Source: an uncultured archaeon
Lineage (GTDB): Archaea > Asgardarchaeota > Thorarchaeia > Thorarchaeales > Thorarchaeaceae
Length of the DNA stretch: 64,000 nucleotides
Reading direction: 5' to 3'
NCBI GenBank assembly: GCA_964458565.1
Contig: CAYWJO010000001.1
Location: 191,160-255,159 of the forward strand
The notes under the pieces were generated by a model. It did no database searches. It was not told where the DNA came from and saw nothing but the letters and a program-made list of their open reading frames with translations. Positions within the stretch are counted from its first letter, which is position 1. Each line of letters starts with the position of its first letter. Shown one piece after another: positions 1-10,448 of this stretch. Both the position numbers and the translations under genes were made by a program.

Positions 1-215
1 TCCAAAGATAAGTGGAAGATCTGTATAAAGACGGTTTTCTTGACTATACCATTCCTTTAGAAGATAGGTAGAAAGTACACTTGTGAATAAGATAATGAGA
101 ACAGTGGGAATAGCTGTTACTAACATATACTGCATTGTTTACACCAGGTGTTATTCTCAGACAATTATGACGAATTGAAACATAAAAGCACCAATATAAT
201 CTGAAATAGTAAATT

Positions 216-560
216 TCACTCAGATAGAATTTCTTCATCTGGTTCTATACAATCATCATCCGGGGATAATAATAGAATTTCTTCAGTATCTAATTCACTG
301 TGGACTAGAACCATTGATATCCAACCCATAGGAATTATACTTGAATGAACCGGTCTCCGTGGGCCAACTATGAAATAATCATCACCAACGTAGATGATTC
401 GTACTCCATGTGTTTCAGAAACCATTTTTTCTCTATCTTCAGAATGACCATAAGCTCCTGTGCATAGATATACATCCACAAGAGATTCTGCGTCAGCTAA
501 CTTTTGAAGCATACTCTTCCAGTTCTGCCCATATTCAAGTGCGCTTGCAACTCTTTCCAT
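216..560 (-). CDS. hypothetical protein
   Basis: 114-aa ORF with GGAGGT Shine-Dalgarno-like motif 6 nt upstream of the ATG; no family recognised. Confidence 0.55.
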   Translation of the reverse strand: MERVASALEYGQNWKSMLQKLADAESLVDVYLCTGAYGHSEDREKMVSETHGVRIIYVGDDYFIVGPRRPVHSSIIPMGWISMVLVHSELDTEEILLLSPDDDCIEPDEEILSE

Positions 561-720
561 GTGGTAACCTCCGGGGTTTCCTCGTGATTAACTCCGATGG
601 ATGGATTTAAGGTGCATTCGATTGCGGGAAGCCTTTCACACCCTTCCTGTATTATGGCAAACTTTGCCTGATGGTTGCTGTAGACATAGACCTTTTCTTC
701 TTTCAAGCACTATGTAGTTT

Positions 721-1827
721 ATGTCGCGAGTTGGAGATGTAGTTCTTAGTGTTGATGGGCTCCGTGCATACCATTCCTCTAAGGATGGAATTGTAAAGGC
801 GGTTGATGATATTTCGTTCTCAATACGAAAAGGTGAAGCAGTGGGTCTCCTAGGTGAATCAGGTGCAGGAAAAACATCTGTCGCTATGGCAATAATGGGT
901 ATTTTCGAGAGATTATCAAGATACTATGCTTCATCAGCAGCCAATGAGGGAAACAAGAAATTATGGAGTCTGAGAGATAATGCAAGAAAGAATGGTAAGA
1001 CTTCCGAGGATTTAGGAGTAACACTACCCGGTGTTGAGGGGCATATCTGGTATGGAACTATTGATCTTCTGAGCCTTTCAGAAAAGGAGCATCGCATTTT
1101 TTGCGGTAATAGGATAACGTATGTTCCCCAAGGAACTACTCGTTCATTGAATCCGAGGTTATCAATTGAAAACCAGACACTTGAAGTTTTATGGAATCAT
1201 TTCAGGGACACAGTATCTGAGAACGAAGATTTAGCTAAAAGGGTTCTAGACATGCTAGGCATCGTTGAACTAGGAGATATGGCAATCAGGAGGGATATGT
1301 TTCCATCCGACTTTAGTTCAGGAGAAGACCAGCGAGTTTTGTTGGCAATGGCACTCATATCCAGACCAGATTTGGTAATAGCCGATGAACCAACAACAGC
1401 ATTAGATTTAGGGGTTCGTCACAAGATTCTCACTGCAATAAACACTGCAAGAGAAGAGCTCGGACTATCAGTCTTAGTGATATCTAACGATGTTGGCACA
1501 ATATCTGAAACATCTGATAAGATTGGAGTAATGTCCTCTGGACGGATAATGGAGTTTGGAAAATCTTCGCGGATTCTTACAGATCCAATTCATCCATTCA
1601 CACAAGCTTTCATGATGGCCAATCCTAGCATGGAGATGCTACGAAAGATGAAAGAACGAGGTGAATTATTGAAACGTATTCCCGGGCGTCCACCAAGTCT
1701 GGTTAGTCTGCCAAAGGGATGTCCATTTAATTCCCGGTGTACAAGGGCAGAAGCTGTATGTTTTGAAACCAATCCCGAATGGCGAGAGATTGAAACAGGG
1801 CATTGGATATTTTGTCACTTAGCGTAA
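721..1827 (+). CDS. oligopeptide/dipeptide ABC transporter ATP-binding protein (OppD/DppD-like), atypical motifs
   Basis: Walker A GESGAGKT, Walker B IADEPTTALD, C-terminal HPFT...GCPFNSRC oligo-HPY tail. Confidence 0.85.
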   Translation: MSRVGDVVLSVDGLRAYHSSKDGIVKAVDDISFSIRKGEAVGLLGESGAGKTSVAMAIMGIFERLSRYYASSAANEGNKKLWSLRDNARKNGKTSEDLGVTLPGVEGHIWYGTIDLLSLSEKEHRIFCGNRITYVPQGTTRSLNPRLSIENQTLEVLWNHFRDTVSENEDLAKRVLDMLGIVELGDMAIRRDMFPSDFSSGEDQRVLLAMALISRPDLVIADEPTTALDLGVRHKILTAINTAREELGLSVLVISNDVGTISETSDKIGVMSSGRIMEFGKSSRILTDPIHPFTQAFMMANPSMEMLRKMKERGELLKRIPGRPPSLVSLPKGCPFNSRCTRAEAVCFETNPEWREIETGHWIFCHLA

Positions 1828-2105
1828 GAGAATCGTAGACCTATACGTTTTATTCTGTAACATTGTTAAACAGTGTAATGAGAGAAAATGTTCCATCTCG
1901 GAACTAAAAATCAATGCATGTTTTCATTTTTCTACTTTAATCATGCATTGGTTGCATATATTCGACCCTGAATCTTTTTCATCGATATTCATTTTGATGA
2001 ACAAGTTGTTATACTACTATTTGTACGACAGATTGTCGTGCTATTATCAGTAGAGCATGCAGGAGGAAGAATATATCCTCCAGCAATAAAGGTGGAAAGT
2101 GAAAC

Positions 2106-3137
2106 ATGCGAATATTGAAGATGCAATCCAAATTTCTGGATGTATTCCTTGAGAGCCTCGAGAAATTTGGGGTTCTTTATGGACCCATCAAGAAAAATAG
2201 TGTTCTAACTTATGAAAAAGTAGACCATATTAAAGACCTTGAACTCTGGGGAGAACATCCTATGATTCCACTGAAGAAGATGTTCCATCCGAAGCAGTTC
2301 GATATGTTCAGGTTCGATAAGGACGGAATAACCCCTGACTATTCTACTATTGAAAAAAGAGTTGTCTTAGGTGTGCATCCATGTGATATTCATGGAATTC
2401 TCAGACTTGATGACTTATTTCTGGAAGAACCACAAGATCCGTACTATGCACAAGCGAGGAAAAATACTGCAATCATTGGTTTTTCATGTCTACCTACAGA
2501 GAATTCGTTTTGCAAATCCACAGATACCGATATTGTAGAAGAGGGGTTTGATCTCTTTTTTGTTAAACTCAAGGATATCTTCCTTGTTTGGGTCGGTTCG
2601 AGCATGGGATACGATATGATCTATGAGAGAGAGGAATACTTTGATGATGATGTTTCACATGAAGACATTATGGAGTATATAGAATGGAGAAACAAACGGG
2701 ATGAAATGTTCAGAACAGACTTCCCATTCCGAAACATGCCAGATATCATGGAATTGAGCCATGAGAGCGAGGTCTGGAGATACTTCGCGGATAAATGCCT
2801 ATCATGCGGTCAATGCACTATGGTATGTCCAACCTGCAACTGCTTCAATGTAGTAGATGTCTTCGATGTGACCAACGAAGCAGCAGGTAGGAGAACCAGA
2901 ACATGGGATAGTTGCATGTTTGTTGACTATAGTCTTGTTGCTGGAGGTCATAATTTTAGAGGCGACCGCGAAGACCGTTTGAAATTGTGGTACACACACA
3001 AACTGAAGAGCTACGGAGATGAATATGGGAAACCAGGATGTATAGGATGTGGAAGATGTGTGGATACTTGTCCTGTGGACATCAATGTACTCACGGTGTC
3101 TAAGGCTCTAATTGCGGGGGAGGTGCCAAAAGAATGA
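2106..3137 (+). CDS. hydB: group 3b [NiFe] hydrogenase (sulfhydrogenase) beta subunit, 4Fe-4S
   Basis: CLSCGQCTMVCPTCNCF and GCIGCGRCVDTCPVDI; first gene of a four-gene operon. Confidence 0.9.
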   Translation: MRILKMQSKFLDVFLESLEKFGVLYGPIKKNSVLTYEKVDHIKDLELWGEHPMIPLKKMFHPKQFDMFRFDKDGITPDYSTIEKRVVLGVHPCDIHGILRLDDLFLEEPQDPYYAQARKNTAIIGFSCLPTENSFCKSTDTDIVEEGFDLFFVKLKDIFLVWVGSSMGYDMIYEREEYFDDDVSHEDIMEYIEWRNKRDEMFRTDFPFRNMPDIMELSHESEVWRYFADKCLSCGQCTMVCPTCNCFNVVDVFDVTNEAAGRRTRTWDSCMFVDYSLVAGGHNFRGDREDRLKLWYTHKLKSYGDEYGKPGCIGCGRCVDTCPVDINVLTVSKALIAGEVPKE

Positions 3138-3985
3138 CAGTAACAGAACAGATTGACAATCCATATCTTCCTGAACCAGCTAGAATTGTACGGCACTTTG
3201 ACATGATTGACGACCATCGATTCTTCTGGATTCGTCATCGGGATGAAGAACGAGCGATGTCTTTCAAGTATAAACCAGGACAGTTCATCATGCTTTCACT
3301 ACCAGGAGTGGGAGAATCCCCATTCTCAATCTCATCAACCCCTAGCAGACCTGGAATTCTGGAACTTGGAATAAGAAAGACCGGAAAGCTCACTGATGTC
3401 CTTTTCCAGAAGAAAGACAATGATCTCATTTACATTCGAGGCCCATATGGAAATGGATTCCAAATTAACCAGATGAAAGGGAAGGATATATTGATTGTAG
3501 CAGGAGGGCTCGGTGTAATTCCATTACGTTCCATCCTTTACTATGTCTTGGACAACCGAGATCAATTCGGTCGATTATACTTCATGTACGGTGCACGTAG
3601 CCCTAGTGAATTCTTGTTTGCAAATGAGTTTTTCCAGCTAAAGGACCGAGAAGACATTGAGTGCTTCTATACTGTTGATCAAGACAGTACAGGCGATTGG
3701 ACAGAGTATGTCGGAGTTGTCACAAGACTCTTCGAAAACCTACCGAAACTTGAGGCGAAAAATGTCAATGCAGTGGTGTGTGGTCCTCCAATTATGTACA
3801 AGTTTGTCATCAATGAACTACTTGAATTAAAGATACCAAAGAATCAGATTCAGATGACATTGGAGCGAAGGATGAAGTGTGGAATTGGTAAATGTGGACA
3901 TTGTGTGCATGATCATATCTATACATGTATCGACGGCCCTGTGTTCAACTATTTCCAAGTCACACAGTTCAAGGAGTTGATATAA
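3134..3985 (+). CDS. hydG: group 3b hydrogenase gamma subunit (FAD/NAD(P)-binding, 2Fe-2S)
   Basis: PGQF, RGPYGNGF, AGGLG, CGPPIM, MKCGIGKCGHC...CIDGPVF. Confidence 0.9.
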   Translation: MTVTEQIDNPYLPEPARIVRHFDMIDDHRFFWIRHRDEERAMSFKYKPGQFIMLSLPGVGESPFSISSTPSRPGILELGIRKTGKLTDVLFQKKDNDLIYIRGPYGNGFQINQMKGKDILIVAGGLGVIPLRSILYYVLDNRDQFGRLYFMYGARSPSEFLFANEFFQLKDREDIECFYTVDQDSTGDWTEYVGVVTRLFENLPKLEAKNVNAVVCGPPIMYKFVINELLELKIPKNQIQMTLERRMKCGIGKCGHCVHDHIYTCIDGPVFNYFQVTQFKELI

Positions 3986-3986
3986 A

Positions 3987-4763
3987 ATGCCACAAAAGAC
4001 AGAAATCAAAAAACCACGGATAGGTGTGTATGGATTCACTGGATGTGCTGGCGATCAGCTCCTCATTATTCACACTGAAGATGAGATAGTAAATCTGTTC
4101 AACGCAGCAGATATCAAGTCCTTTGTGATGGCATCTAGCAACCCTGAAGAAGGGCCACTCGATGTGGCATTTATAGAAGGAAGTGTGAGCACAGAAGAAA
4201 ATCTCCATCACCTCAAAGAGATTAGGCAACGTGCAAAGATTCTGGTAGCCATCGGAAATTGTGCAGTAAGCGGCGGACCACAAGCAATGTACACAGAAGA
4301 TGGAAAATACCAAGAGAGATTGAAGACAGTATATGGGGATATCAAGTTTGATGTTGAACCGCTTGAGGCAACACCTATTGACAAACACGTAACTGTGGAT
4401 TATTATATACCCGGTTGTTCAATTAGTCAGAAGCAGACTTTTGCCACCATCACACGTCTTCTACACGGTGCGGAACCAGAACCATATCCACATCCTGTAT
4501 GTCATGAGTGTAAGTTGAACGAAAATCATTGCATATTACTGGATAAGAAATTTTGTTTGGGACCTCTGACCATGGGAGGATGCGATTCAGCATGTATCAA
4601 TCATAACCGACCCTGTGTAGGATGTTGGGGGCCAAATTATGATGCTAACTTCAAGGAGCACTTCAAGCTGTTACAGAGCTTCGGAATATCAAAAGAGGAA
4701 ATAGTGCAACGCATCCGAAACTACGGAGGACAAAAGATTCTCGAATATCTAAAGGAGATGTAA
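3987..4763 (+). CDS. hydD: group 3b hydrogenase small (delta) subunit
   Basis: EGSV, AIGNCAVSGG, IPGC, VCHECK, CLGPLT..GC...C....PCVGCWG. Confidence 0.9.
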   Translation: MPQKTEIKKPRIGVYGFTGCAGDQLLIIHTEDEIVNLFNAADIKSFVMASSNPEEGPLDVAFIEGSVSTEENLHHLKEIRQRAKILVAIGNCAVSGGPQAMYTEDGKYQERLKTVYGDIKFDVEPLEATPIDKHVTVDYYIPGCSISQKQTFATITRLLHGAEPEPYPHPVCHECKLNENHCILLDKKFCLGPLTMGGCDSACINHNRPCVGCWGPNYDANFKEHFKLLQSFGISKEEIVQRIRNYGGQKILEYLKEM

Positions 4764-4776
4764 AGAAGAGGCGATA

Positions 4777-6072
4777 ATGATGACTAAGAAAGAAACCATT
4801 CGAATTGAACCATTAGCAAGAGTTGAGGGACACGGTGGAATAAAGGTCGAGATTGAGGATAACAAAGTGAGTAATGTTGAGATGCGGATTCTTGAAGGCC
4901 CACGTCTTTTTGAAACACTTGTCATTGGTAAGACACCCGAGGAGGACTTGAGTATTGTACCAAGAATATGTGCAATTTGCAACCTATCTCACAAATTCGC
5001 TAGTCTACGAGCGCTGGAAAAAGCTTTGGACGTTAAAATCCCAGAGGTTACCTCCCACTATCGTCATCTCATGCATCATGGAGAGATTATCGAAAGTCAT
5101 AGCCTACACCTCTACTTCCTTGCCTTACCAGATTTCTTTGGGTATGATAATGCAGTGCAAATGGCGGATAAATTTGGAGAGGTAGTAACAAAGGCACTAC
5201 AGCTCAAGCAATTTGGTAACAAGATTATGCGCCTTATGGGAGGCCGGATGATTCATGGAGAGAATCCTATACTCGGTGGATTTGGTAAACTGCCAGAGCG
5301 AAAGATACTCATGGAAGTGAAAAAGGAAGCCCAAGAATTATTACCATTTGCAATTGAAACGATAGATATCATGGCAGGATTAAACGTTCCTGATCATATG
5401 GAACGTGAAACGCAGTTTCTATGCTGTAAGCCTTCACATGATGACTACGACTATTATGGAAACGAATTTATCACATCAGATGGAAAAGTACATCCTGTTG
5501 AGAACTACAAGGATATAATTAAAGAGCGGGTTGTAAGTCATAGCTTTGCAAAAAGAAGCTTGTACAATGGCAAACCCTTCTCAGTGGGTGCTCTTGCACG
5601 AGTTCTTCTCTTAGGAAATCGTCTTAAAGGCGAAGCTAAGAAAGCCTATGACAAACTCTACAACGAGAGATGGCACAAGAACCCCGTATACAACAATCAT
5701 GCACAGGCAATTGAACAGGTATATTCTCTTGAGCACTTGATTGAAACCATTGATTATCTTCTTGCTATGAAACCTCCCGAAGTCGCAAAACGAAATCGTA
5801 ACTCGGGCACTGGGACAGGAGCTGTGGAAGCCCCCAGAGGAACCCTCATCCATCATTATGAGATAGAAGACGGACGAACCATGGTCGCAGACTACATCAC
5901 ACCTACAGCAATGTTTCTGGATGATATTGAAGCTTTCATTCGTAAAAGCGCTGATGAATTACTATCCTCGAATAAGAAGGAAGGTATTGAGCTACAGTTT
6001 GAGATCATTGCACGAGCTTACGATCCCTGTATCAGCTGCAGTGCCCATCTTGTTGAAGTTGAGTTCAAGTAG
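4777..6072 (+). CDS. hydA: group 3b [NiFe] hydrogenase large (alpha) subunit
   Basis: RVEGHG, L1 RICAIC, EAPRG, L2 DPCISCSAH followed by a short C-terminal extension. Confidence 0.95.
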   Translation: MMTKKETIRIEPLARVEGHGGIKVEIEDNKVSNVEMRILEGPRLFETLVIGKTPEEDLSIVPRICAICNLSHKFASLRALEKALDVKIPEVTSHYRHLMHHGEIIESHSLHLYFLALPDFFGYDNAVQMADKFGEVVTKALQLKQFGNKIMRLMGGRMIHGENPILGGFGKLPERKILMEVKKEAQELLPFAIETIDIMAGLNVPDHMERETQFLCCKPSHDDYDYYGNEFITSDGKVHPVENYKDIIKERVVSHSFAKRSLYNGKPFSVGALARVLLLGNRLKGEAKKAYDKLYNERWHKNPVYNNHAQAIEQVYSLEHLIETIDYLLAMKPPEVAKRNRNSGTGTGAVEAPRGTLIHHYEIEDGRTMVADYITPTAMFLDDIEAFIRKSADELLSSNKKEGIELQFEIIARAYDPCISCSAHLVEVEFK

Positions 6073-6087
6073 GGCGGTTCGCCCTAC
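6069..6087 (+). terminator. hairpin at the end of the hydrogenase operon
   Basis: GTAGGGCG-GTT-CGCCCTAC perfect 8-bp stem over the hydA stop, followed by a pyrimidine-rich tract. Confidence 0.5.
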
Positions 6088-6144
6088 ATCCTTTCTCTGC
6101 AATAGGAAATTTAATTTATCACATAGCACATTGTTATACTGAAA

Positions 6145-6735
6145 ATGTCAATAGCGTGGCTCAATCTCATCTCACTTCATATCAGTGGATTTCTTTTCGC
6201 ATTTCTCGCAATTCTGAGTACGGTGCCAGTTACACTCTCAGAAAGAAGGGGTGAACGAGCATGGAAAGAGTGTAAATGGATAAGATTTGCTTCCTTCGCG
6301 TTCGCAATGATTATGGTCTTGAACACTTTTCTCTGGGGGATCTTCCCAGTACCCGAACTGATATGGACAACTGGATTAGAGTTCGCATCAAGACTGTTCA
6401 TTGTAATAATTTTGAGCATTCCAAGTTTGTTGATTTGTGGAAAAGCTATGAATGATGCAGGGCAGGAAATGAATTATCCTTTGAAGGAAACTAAGCTTCA
6501 TGGGGGAATCTATAATTATGTTAGACATCCGGGTATATGGGGTGAGATGCCTCTCTATGTTTGGGTGGCGTTCTTAGTTGACTCCCTGTTTCTGGTTATA
6601 TGGATGACCATCTACATTATCGCATTCTCTGCGGTCAACATCTACTACGAGGAGATGGACCTCGTAAAACGATTTGGCAGTGAGTATGAGGAATATCAAA
6701 AAAGAACTGGGATGTTAATTCCTAGAAGAGGTTGA
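6145..6735 (+). CDS. isoprenylcysteine carboxyl methyltransferase/PEMT-family membrane protein
   Basis: GIYNYVRHP and EEMDLVKRFGSEYEEY motifs, multiple TM helices. Confidence 0.8.
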   Translation: MSIAWLNLISLHISGFLFAFLAILSTVPVTLSERRGERAWKECKWIRFASFAFAMIMVLNTFLWGIFPVPELIWTTGLEFASRLFIVIILSIPSLLICGKAMNDAGQEMNYPLKETKLHGGIYNYVRHPGIWGEMPLYVWVAFLVDSLFLVIWMTIYIIAFSAVNIYYEEMDLVKRFGSEYEEYQKRTGMLIPRRG

Positions 6736-6754
6736 GAATGATATCGGAATATCT

Positions 6755-7513
6755 TTACGCCTTCTTTCCAATCACAAGTCCAGACCTTGCCCATTCAGGT
6801 TTAAGATAATGGTATTCAAGACCTGCATCAGTGATTGATTCTTTAAACATCTCCTTCGAAAAGAGGAACATCCGATTTGAGTCATGGAAATATTTTATGC
6901 CATCAGGAGTGCCAATTGTGAAATGAAAATCAAGAACTAAATACATACCTTTTTTTGATGCCTTAGCGATGCGAGATATCTTCAATTCAGGTTCATCCAC
7001 TGTATCCATCGAAACGTGATTGGGAATTACATCCTCCCAGAACAGGAATGGTTCAATTACCATAACTCCACCAGAACTTAGAGTTCTTGCAAAAGAATTC
7101 ATTGTGGATGAGAGTGCACTCTGATCAGCTAGATAGCTTATAGAACCGAATAGACATGTCATAACATCAAATTTCGGATCAAAATCCAGAGTAGTCATAT
7201 CAGCTTGAATGAATGGAATTTCAGGATGTTTTTTCTGGGCAACTTCGAGCATCTCTTGATTGAGATCACATCCAACCACATCATAATATTTCTTGAAATA
7301 TGAGATATGTCCGCCAGTTCCACATGCAACATCAAGTAGTCTATTGCCTTCCGATTGTTTAAACCTCGAGATTATATCGTATAGTTTATCCACTTCGTCG
7401 GAGTAGTTTTTTTGTGAGTACACTTTATCATAGTATTTGGCTAATGTCTTGTATAAATTAATCACACTCCTTAGTGGATAATAATCTACAAATGATGGGG
7501 TATGAGGAATCAC
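6755..7513 (-). CDS. class I SAM-dependent methyltransferase
   Basis: LLDVACGTG motif I; true start is probably a little downstream of the ORF-track start. Confidence 0.85.
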   Translation of the reverse strand: MIPHTPSFVDYYPLRSVINLYKTLAKYYDKVYSQKNYSDEVDKLYDIISRFKQSEGNRLLDVACGTGGHISYFKKYYDVVGCDLNQEMLEVAQKKHPEIPFIQADMTTLDFDPKFDVMTCLFGSISYLADQSALSSTMNSFARTLSSGGVMVIEPFLFWEDVIPNHVSMDTVDEPELKISRIAKASKKGMYLVLDFHFTIGTPDGIKYFHDSNRMFLFSKEMFKESITDAGLEYHYLKPEWARSGLVIGKKA

Positions 7514-8412
7514 ATAGTTCTTTCGACAAAGCGTGGATCTTTCAGAGCTGCTTGAATCGCTGCATTAGCGGCAGTCTCTTTACTCTTAATTTCGAACATC
7601 ACATCGAAATCGAGGTCTTGAGTCATTTCAAGAAAGCGCTTGAAATGTGCAATATCGATATGTTCTGCATGTTTTCCAGGTCGAGAATAAGGTTCTTGAG
7701 AACTGTAATGTACCAGTGGAATCCCATCTTTTGAATCCCAGCAAGGACTTATGGATTGTATTGCGGATTGTAATGACTCTCCATTATTATTTACAGTGTG
7801 ATGCAATGTATCAAAGACTATTGGAATTTCTATCGCTTCATGAATTCTAAGACAATCCTTCAACGTGTAGCTCTTCTCATCATTCTCGATAATAAGACGC
7901 CTAGTAATTGATTCATCTAGCTGCTGATAATTTGTAATGAATCGCTGTAGAGAGCCAATTTTATCTCCATAAACACCACCAACATGAATCTGAATTTTTG
8001 CAGAGGGGTCTAGTTCGAAAAGATCTAGAACATCAACATGATACTTGAGTTCACTTATGCTGTTCTGAACGATTCGTTTGGTCTTTGAATTAAGCACTGT
8101 GTACTGACCGGGATGCATTGTTAGTCGCATTCCATTAGATTTCGCAAACCTACCTAACTTTCGGAATTGCTTCTTGAAGTGATCTTGCCAATCGAATGTG
8201 CAAATAGGGTGAGATGCAAAAGGAATCAAATCAGATGTTACTCTAAATAATAAGATATTGTGTTGAAGATTGTATTCAAGAACCCGTCCAAGACACTCAA
8301 GATTGTTATTTACCGTTTCAATTAATCGTTCCTCTGAATAGGATTTCAGGCGAAATGTACTTGAGCTTGTACATCCGACTGATTGATTGATACACGCATA
8401 TCCAATTCGCAC
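7510..8412 (-). CDS. uvsE: UV DNA damage repair endonuclease
   Basis: RIGYACIN, RLTMHPGQY, IHVGGVYG, IENDEK, FDTLHH, MFEIKSKE. Confidence 0.92.
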   Translation of the reverse strand: MRIGYACINQSVGCTSSSTFRLKSYSEERLIETVNNNLECLGRVLEYNLQHNILLFRVTSDLIPFASHPICTFDWQDHFKKQFRKLGRFAKSNGMRLTMHPGQYTVLNSKTKRIVQNSISELKYHVDVLDLFELDPSAKIQIHVGGVYGDKIGSLQRFITNYQQLDESITRRLIIENDEKSYTLKDCLRIHEAIEIPIVFDTLHHTVNNNGESLQSAIQSISPCWDSKDGIPLVHYSSQEPYSRPGKHAEHIDIAHFKRFLEMTQDLDFDVMFEIKSKETAANAAIQAALKDPRFVERTM

Positions 8413-8437
8413 TATAATGCCTCAGATTGAAAATTTA

Positions 8438-8761
8438 CTACTTATTCTCACGTTCATCAAACCAATGACGAATCCAGGTGAGTGGTGCCTTAATAACAAG
8501 TCGAGGTCCGGAATAACGCATAACTCGCCTAATCATCTCTCGCCTTTCAGGATTATAGCAATGAATCGGACACTTTCGACAACTAGGTTTGTCTTCACCA
8601 AATTGGCAATAATCCAAACGTTTGTGGGCATATGATAAAAGCGAATCACACTCTACGCAAAGTTCGGTCTCGGATTTATCATGGTTACTTCTACAGAAGA
8701 ATCCAATCATTTTTTCAACAGTATCTTTCTCTCTTTGTATTTTGGGTCCATTATTTGTCAT
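8438..8761 (-). CDS. YgbA-like (nitrous oxide-stimulated promoter family) protein
   Basis: LCVEC..LLSYA..RLDYC.FGEDKP.C.KCPIHCY....RE.IR.VMRYSGPR. Confidence 0.85.
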   Translation of the reverse strand: MTNNGPKIQREKDTVEKMIGFFCRSNHDKSETELCVECDSLLSYAHKRLDYCQFGEDKPSCRKCPIHCYNPERREMIRRVMRYSGPRLVIKAPLTWIRHWFDERENK

Positions 8762-8834
8762 TCAAGACCGATCCATAATTTGTAAGTGGATTAGGTCGGT
8801 AATAAATATGAAATCACCCTTAGGGTACAAGAAA

Positions 8835-9326
8835 TCAACTAGACTCTGATTGTTCTTCACTGGGTGAATCAATATCTGGAGTTTCTTCAGTATCCGCTTC
8901 TATAGGTTCTGATTCTTGTTTTTCTTTCTTCTCCTTGATGTTCATATCTAAAAATTCTTGTAGATTCTCCATCATTGGTACTTTCCCTGTTTGAATTGCC
9001 ATGGGAATTGCAAAGAATAGAATCATCACTGCACCAGCAACGAAGATGAAGTTATAAAATAATGGAATGAAGGGACCTAATACATAGAATATAACACCGA
9101 TAAGCAATCCAATCCAAGCTTGGTTTACAGGGCGTTTCAACGCAGAGGCAGCCGTAGCAAAACAAGTGAGGGTAAATCCAATCGTATTAAGAATTACACC
9201 TACAAATGAAATCCATCCAATGGTATAGAGACCAACTATCCATATGGCTGCACCTACAAGAATACCCAATAGATTAGGGTCCGATATTATATCTTCAAGA
9301 AAGTTATTGTTACTCAAATCTGTCAC
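8835..9326 (-). CDS. 4-TM membrane protein with acidic tail, paralogue of 10023-10358
   Basis: shared GFTLTCFAT.A.ALKRP and LFFA.P.A segments. Confidence 0.7.
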   Translation of the reverse strand: MTDLSNNNFLEDIISDPNLLGILVGAAIWIVGLYTIGWISFVGVILNTIGFTLTCFATAASALKRPVNQAWIGLLIGVIFYVLGPFIPLFYNFIFVAGAVMILFFAIPMAIQTGKVPMMENLQEFLDMNIKEKKEKQESEPIEADTEETPDIDSPSEEQSESS

Positions 9327-9434
9327 CGAAGATATGAAAAAATACTTTGAATATAATCTCTTTTATTTGGATTCTCTTCGGAGTATTATATCCGAATCTT
9401 TAGATATAGATTGAAGTTCGCTCATGAATAACTG

Positions 9435-9731
9435 GTGAAACGTTTGGCGTATTGTGTGATGGTAAGGGGACCTTGCCGCGGGAATAGATGTGATTTTTGG
9501 GCAAGGATTAAGATTAGAAAGAAGAGCATCACAGAGTTGGTTGAAGAAGCCCAGGTCGTGATTATTCCGTGTCAAGATCAGGAGTCTATGAATCTTAGAA
9601 CCGCATTAGATGAGTATTGGAAGGAATCGGGCATTAGTGACATGTACATACTATGTCTCGAAGAACCAGACCTATGTGAAAAGATTGCATCTGTAGAGGC
9701 GAAAATAAAGTATTCCAACTTGCATTCTTAG
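9435..9731 (+). CDS. hypothetical Cys-containing protein
   Basis: 98-aa ORF filling the gap; YCVMVRGPCRGNRCDFW. Confidence 0.55.
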   Translation: MKRLAYCVMVRGPCRGNRCDFWARIKIRKKSITELVEEAQVVIIPCQDQESMNLRTALDEYWKESGISDMYILCLEEPDLCEKIASVEAKIKYSNLHS

Positions 9732-9774
9732 AAGTACACACAATATTCATGAAAGGTAATGAGAACCATATCTT

Positions 9775-10017
9775 ATGAGATTCGAGGGATATGCAACCTG
9801 TCCAGGGTGTGGTCATGATATGCGAATAGGAGATTTTGAAGGTTCACTGTTTCTAGGGGTTACTGATGAATCAACATTAGTCAATAAAGAAGATGGCATA
9901 ACACCGGTTGACTCGTGTAATGATTTCAATGTCTTTAGAATAATCTGTTCTGAATGTGCTCTGATATTCTATGCATCATCAATGGTGATGATGAGGATAG
10001 AGAATGCTGAGAGATAG
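9775..10017 (+). CDS. small zinc-ribbon protein
   Basis: CPGCG and CSEC pairs. Confidence 0.6.
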   Translation: MRFEGYATCPGCGHDMRIGDFEGSLFLGVTDESTLVNKEDGITPVDSCNDFNVFRIICSECALIFYASSMVMMRIENAER

Positions 10018-10022
10018 ACCAT

Positions 10023-10358
10023 TCATTCTCTACGTAATGCTAGGGGTACTGCAAAGAAGAGAAGCAATACATGACCGAGTACATAGACTGCGGGACCAAT
10101 TATTGGTATCAGAGTCAGTGCCCAGAGCCCAATGAAGTGCACAATCGCTCCCACTAACACGCCAGGCCAAGCTAAGTCAGTTGGTCGCTTCAAGGCATAA
10201 GCAGTTGTAGCAAAGCAAGTAAGAGTAAATCCCAATGTTATTCCAAGGTATCCAAAGATACCAAATAATAACCCAACATACCATATAGCTGCGCCAAGAA
10301 AAATCAGTAGAAAATAGGGGTCCTTTCGTACTTCATTAAGATATTTACTGAGAGGCAT
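10023..10358 (-). CDS. 4-TM membrane protein, paralogue of 8835-9326
   Basis: hydrophobic; GFTLTCFATTAYALKRP; AGAGGA upstream of the ATG. Confidence 0.7.
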   Translation of the reverse strand: MPLSKYLNEVRKDPYFLLIFLGAAIWYVGLLFGIFGYLGITLGFTLTCFATTAYALKRPTDLAWPGVLVGAIVHFIGLWALTLIPIIGPAVYVLGHVLLLFFAVPLALRRE

Positions 10359-10448
10359 ATCATATCCTCTAACAATTCTGTATATCTAGTCTTTCCTGAG
10401 TGATGTGGCATCATAACCTGAGCGTATGCAGTATTGGAATGTGGAGAT

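Noticed and set aside
44-706. ORFs 44-238, 410-610 and 497-706
   Set aside because: They overlap the better-supported 216-560 gene and have no recognisable motifs.
4777-6072. Selenocysteine-containing hydrogenase
   Set aside because: All four Ni-binding positions are Cys codons and there is no in-frame TGA.
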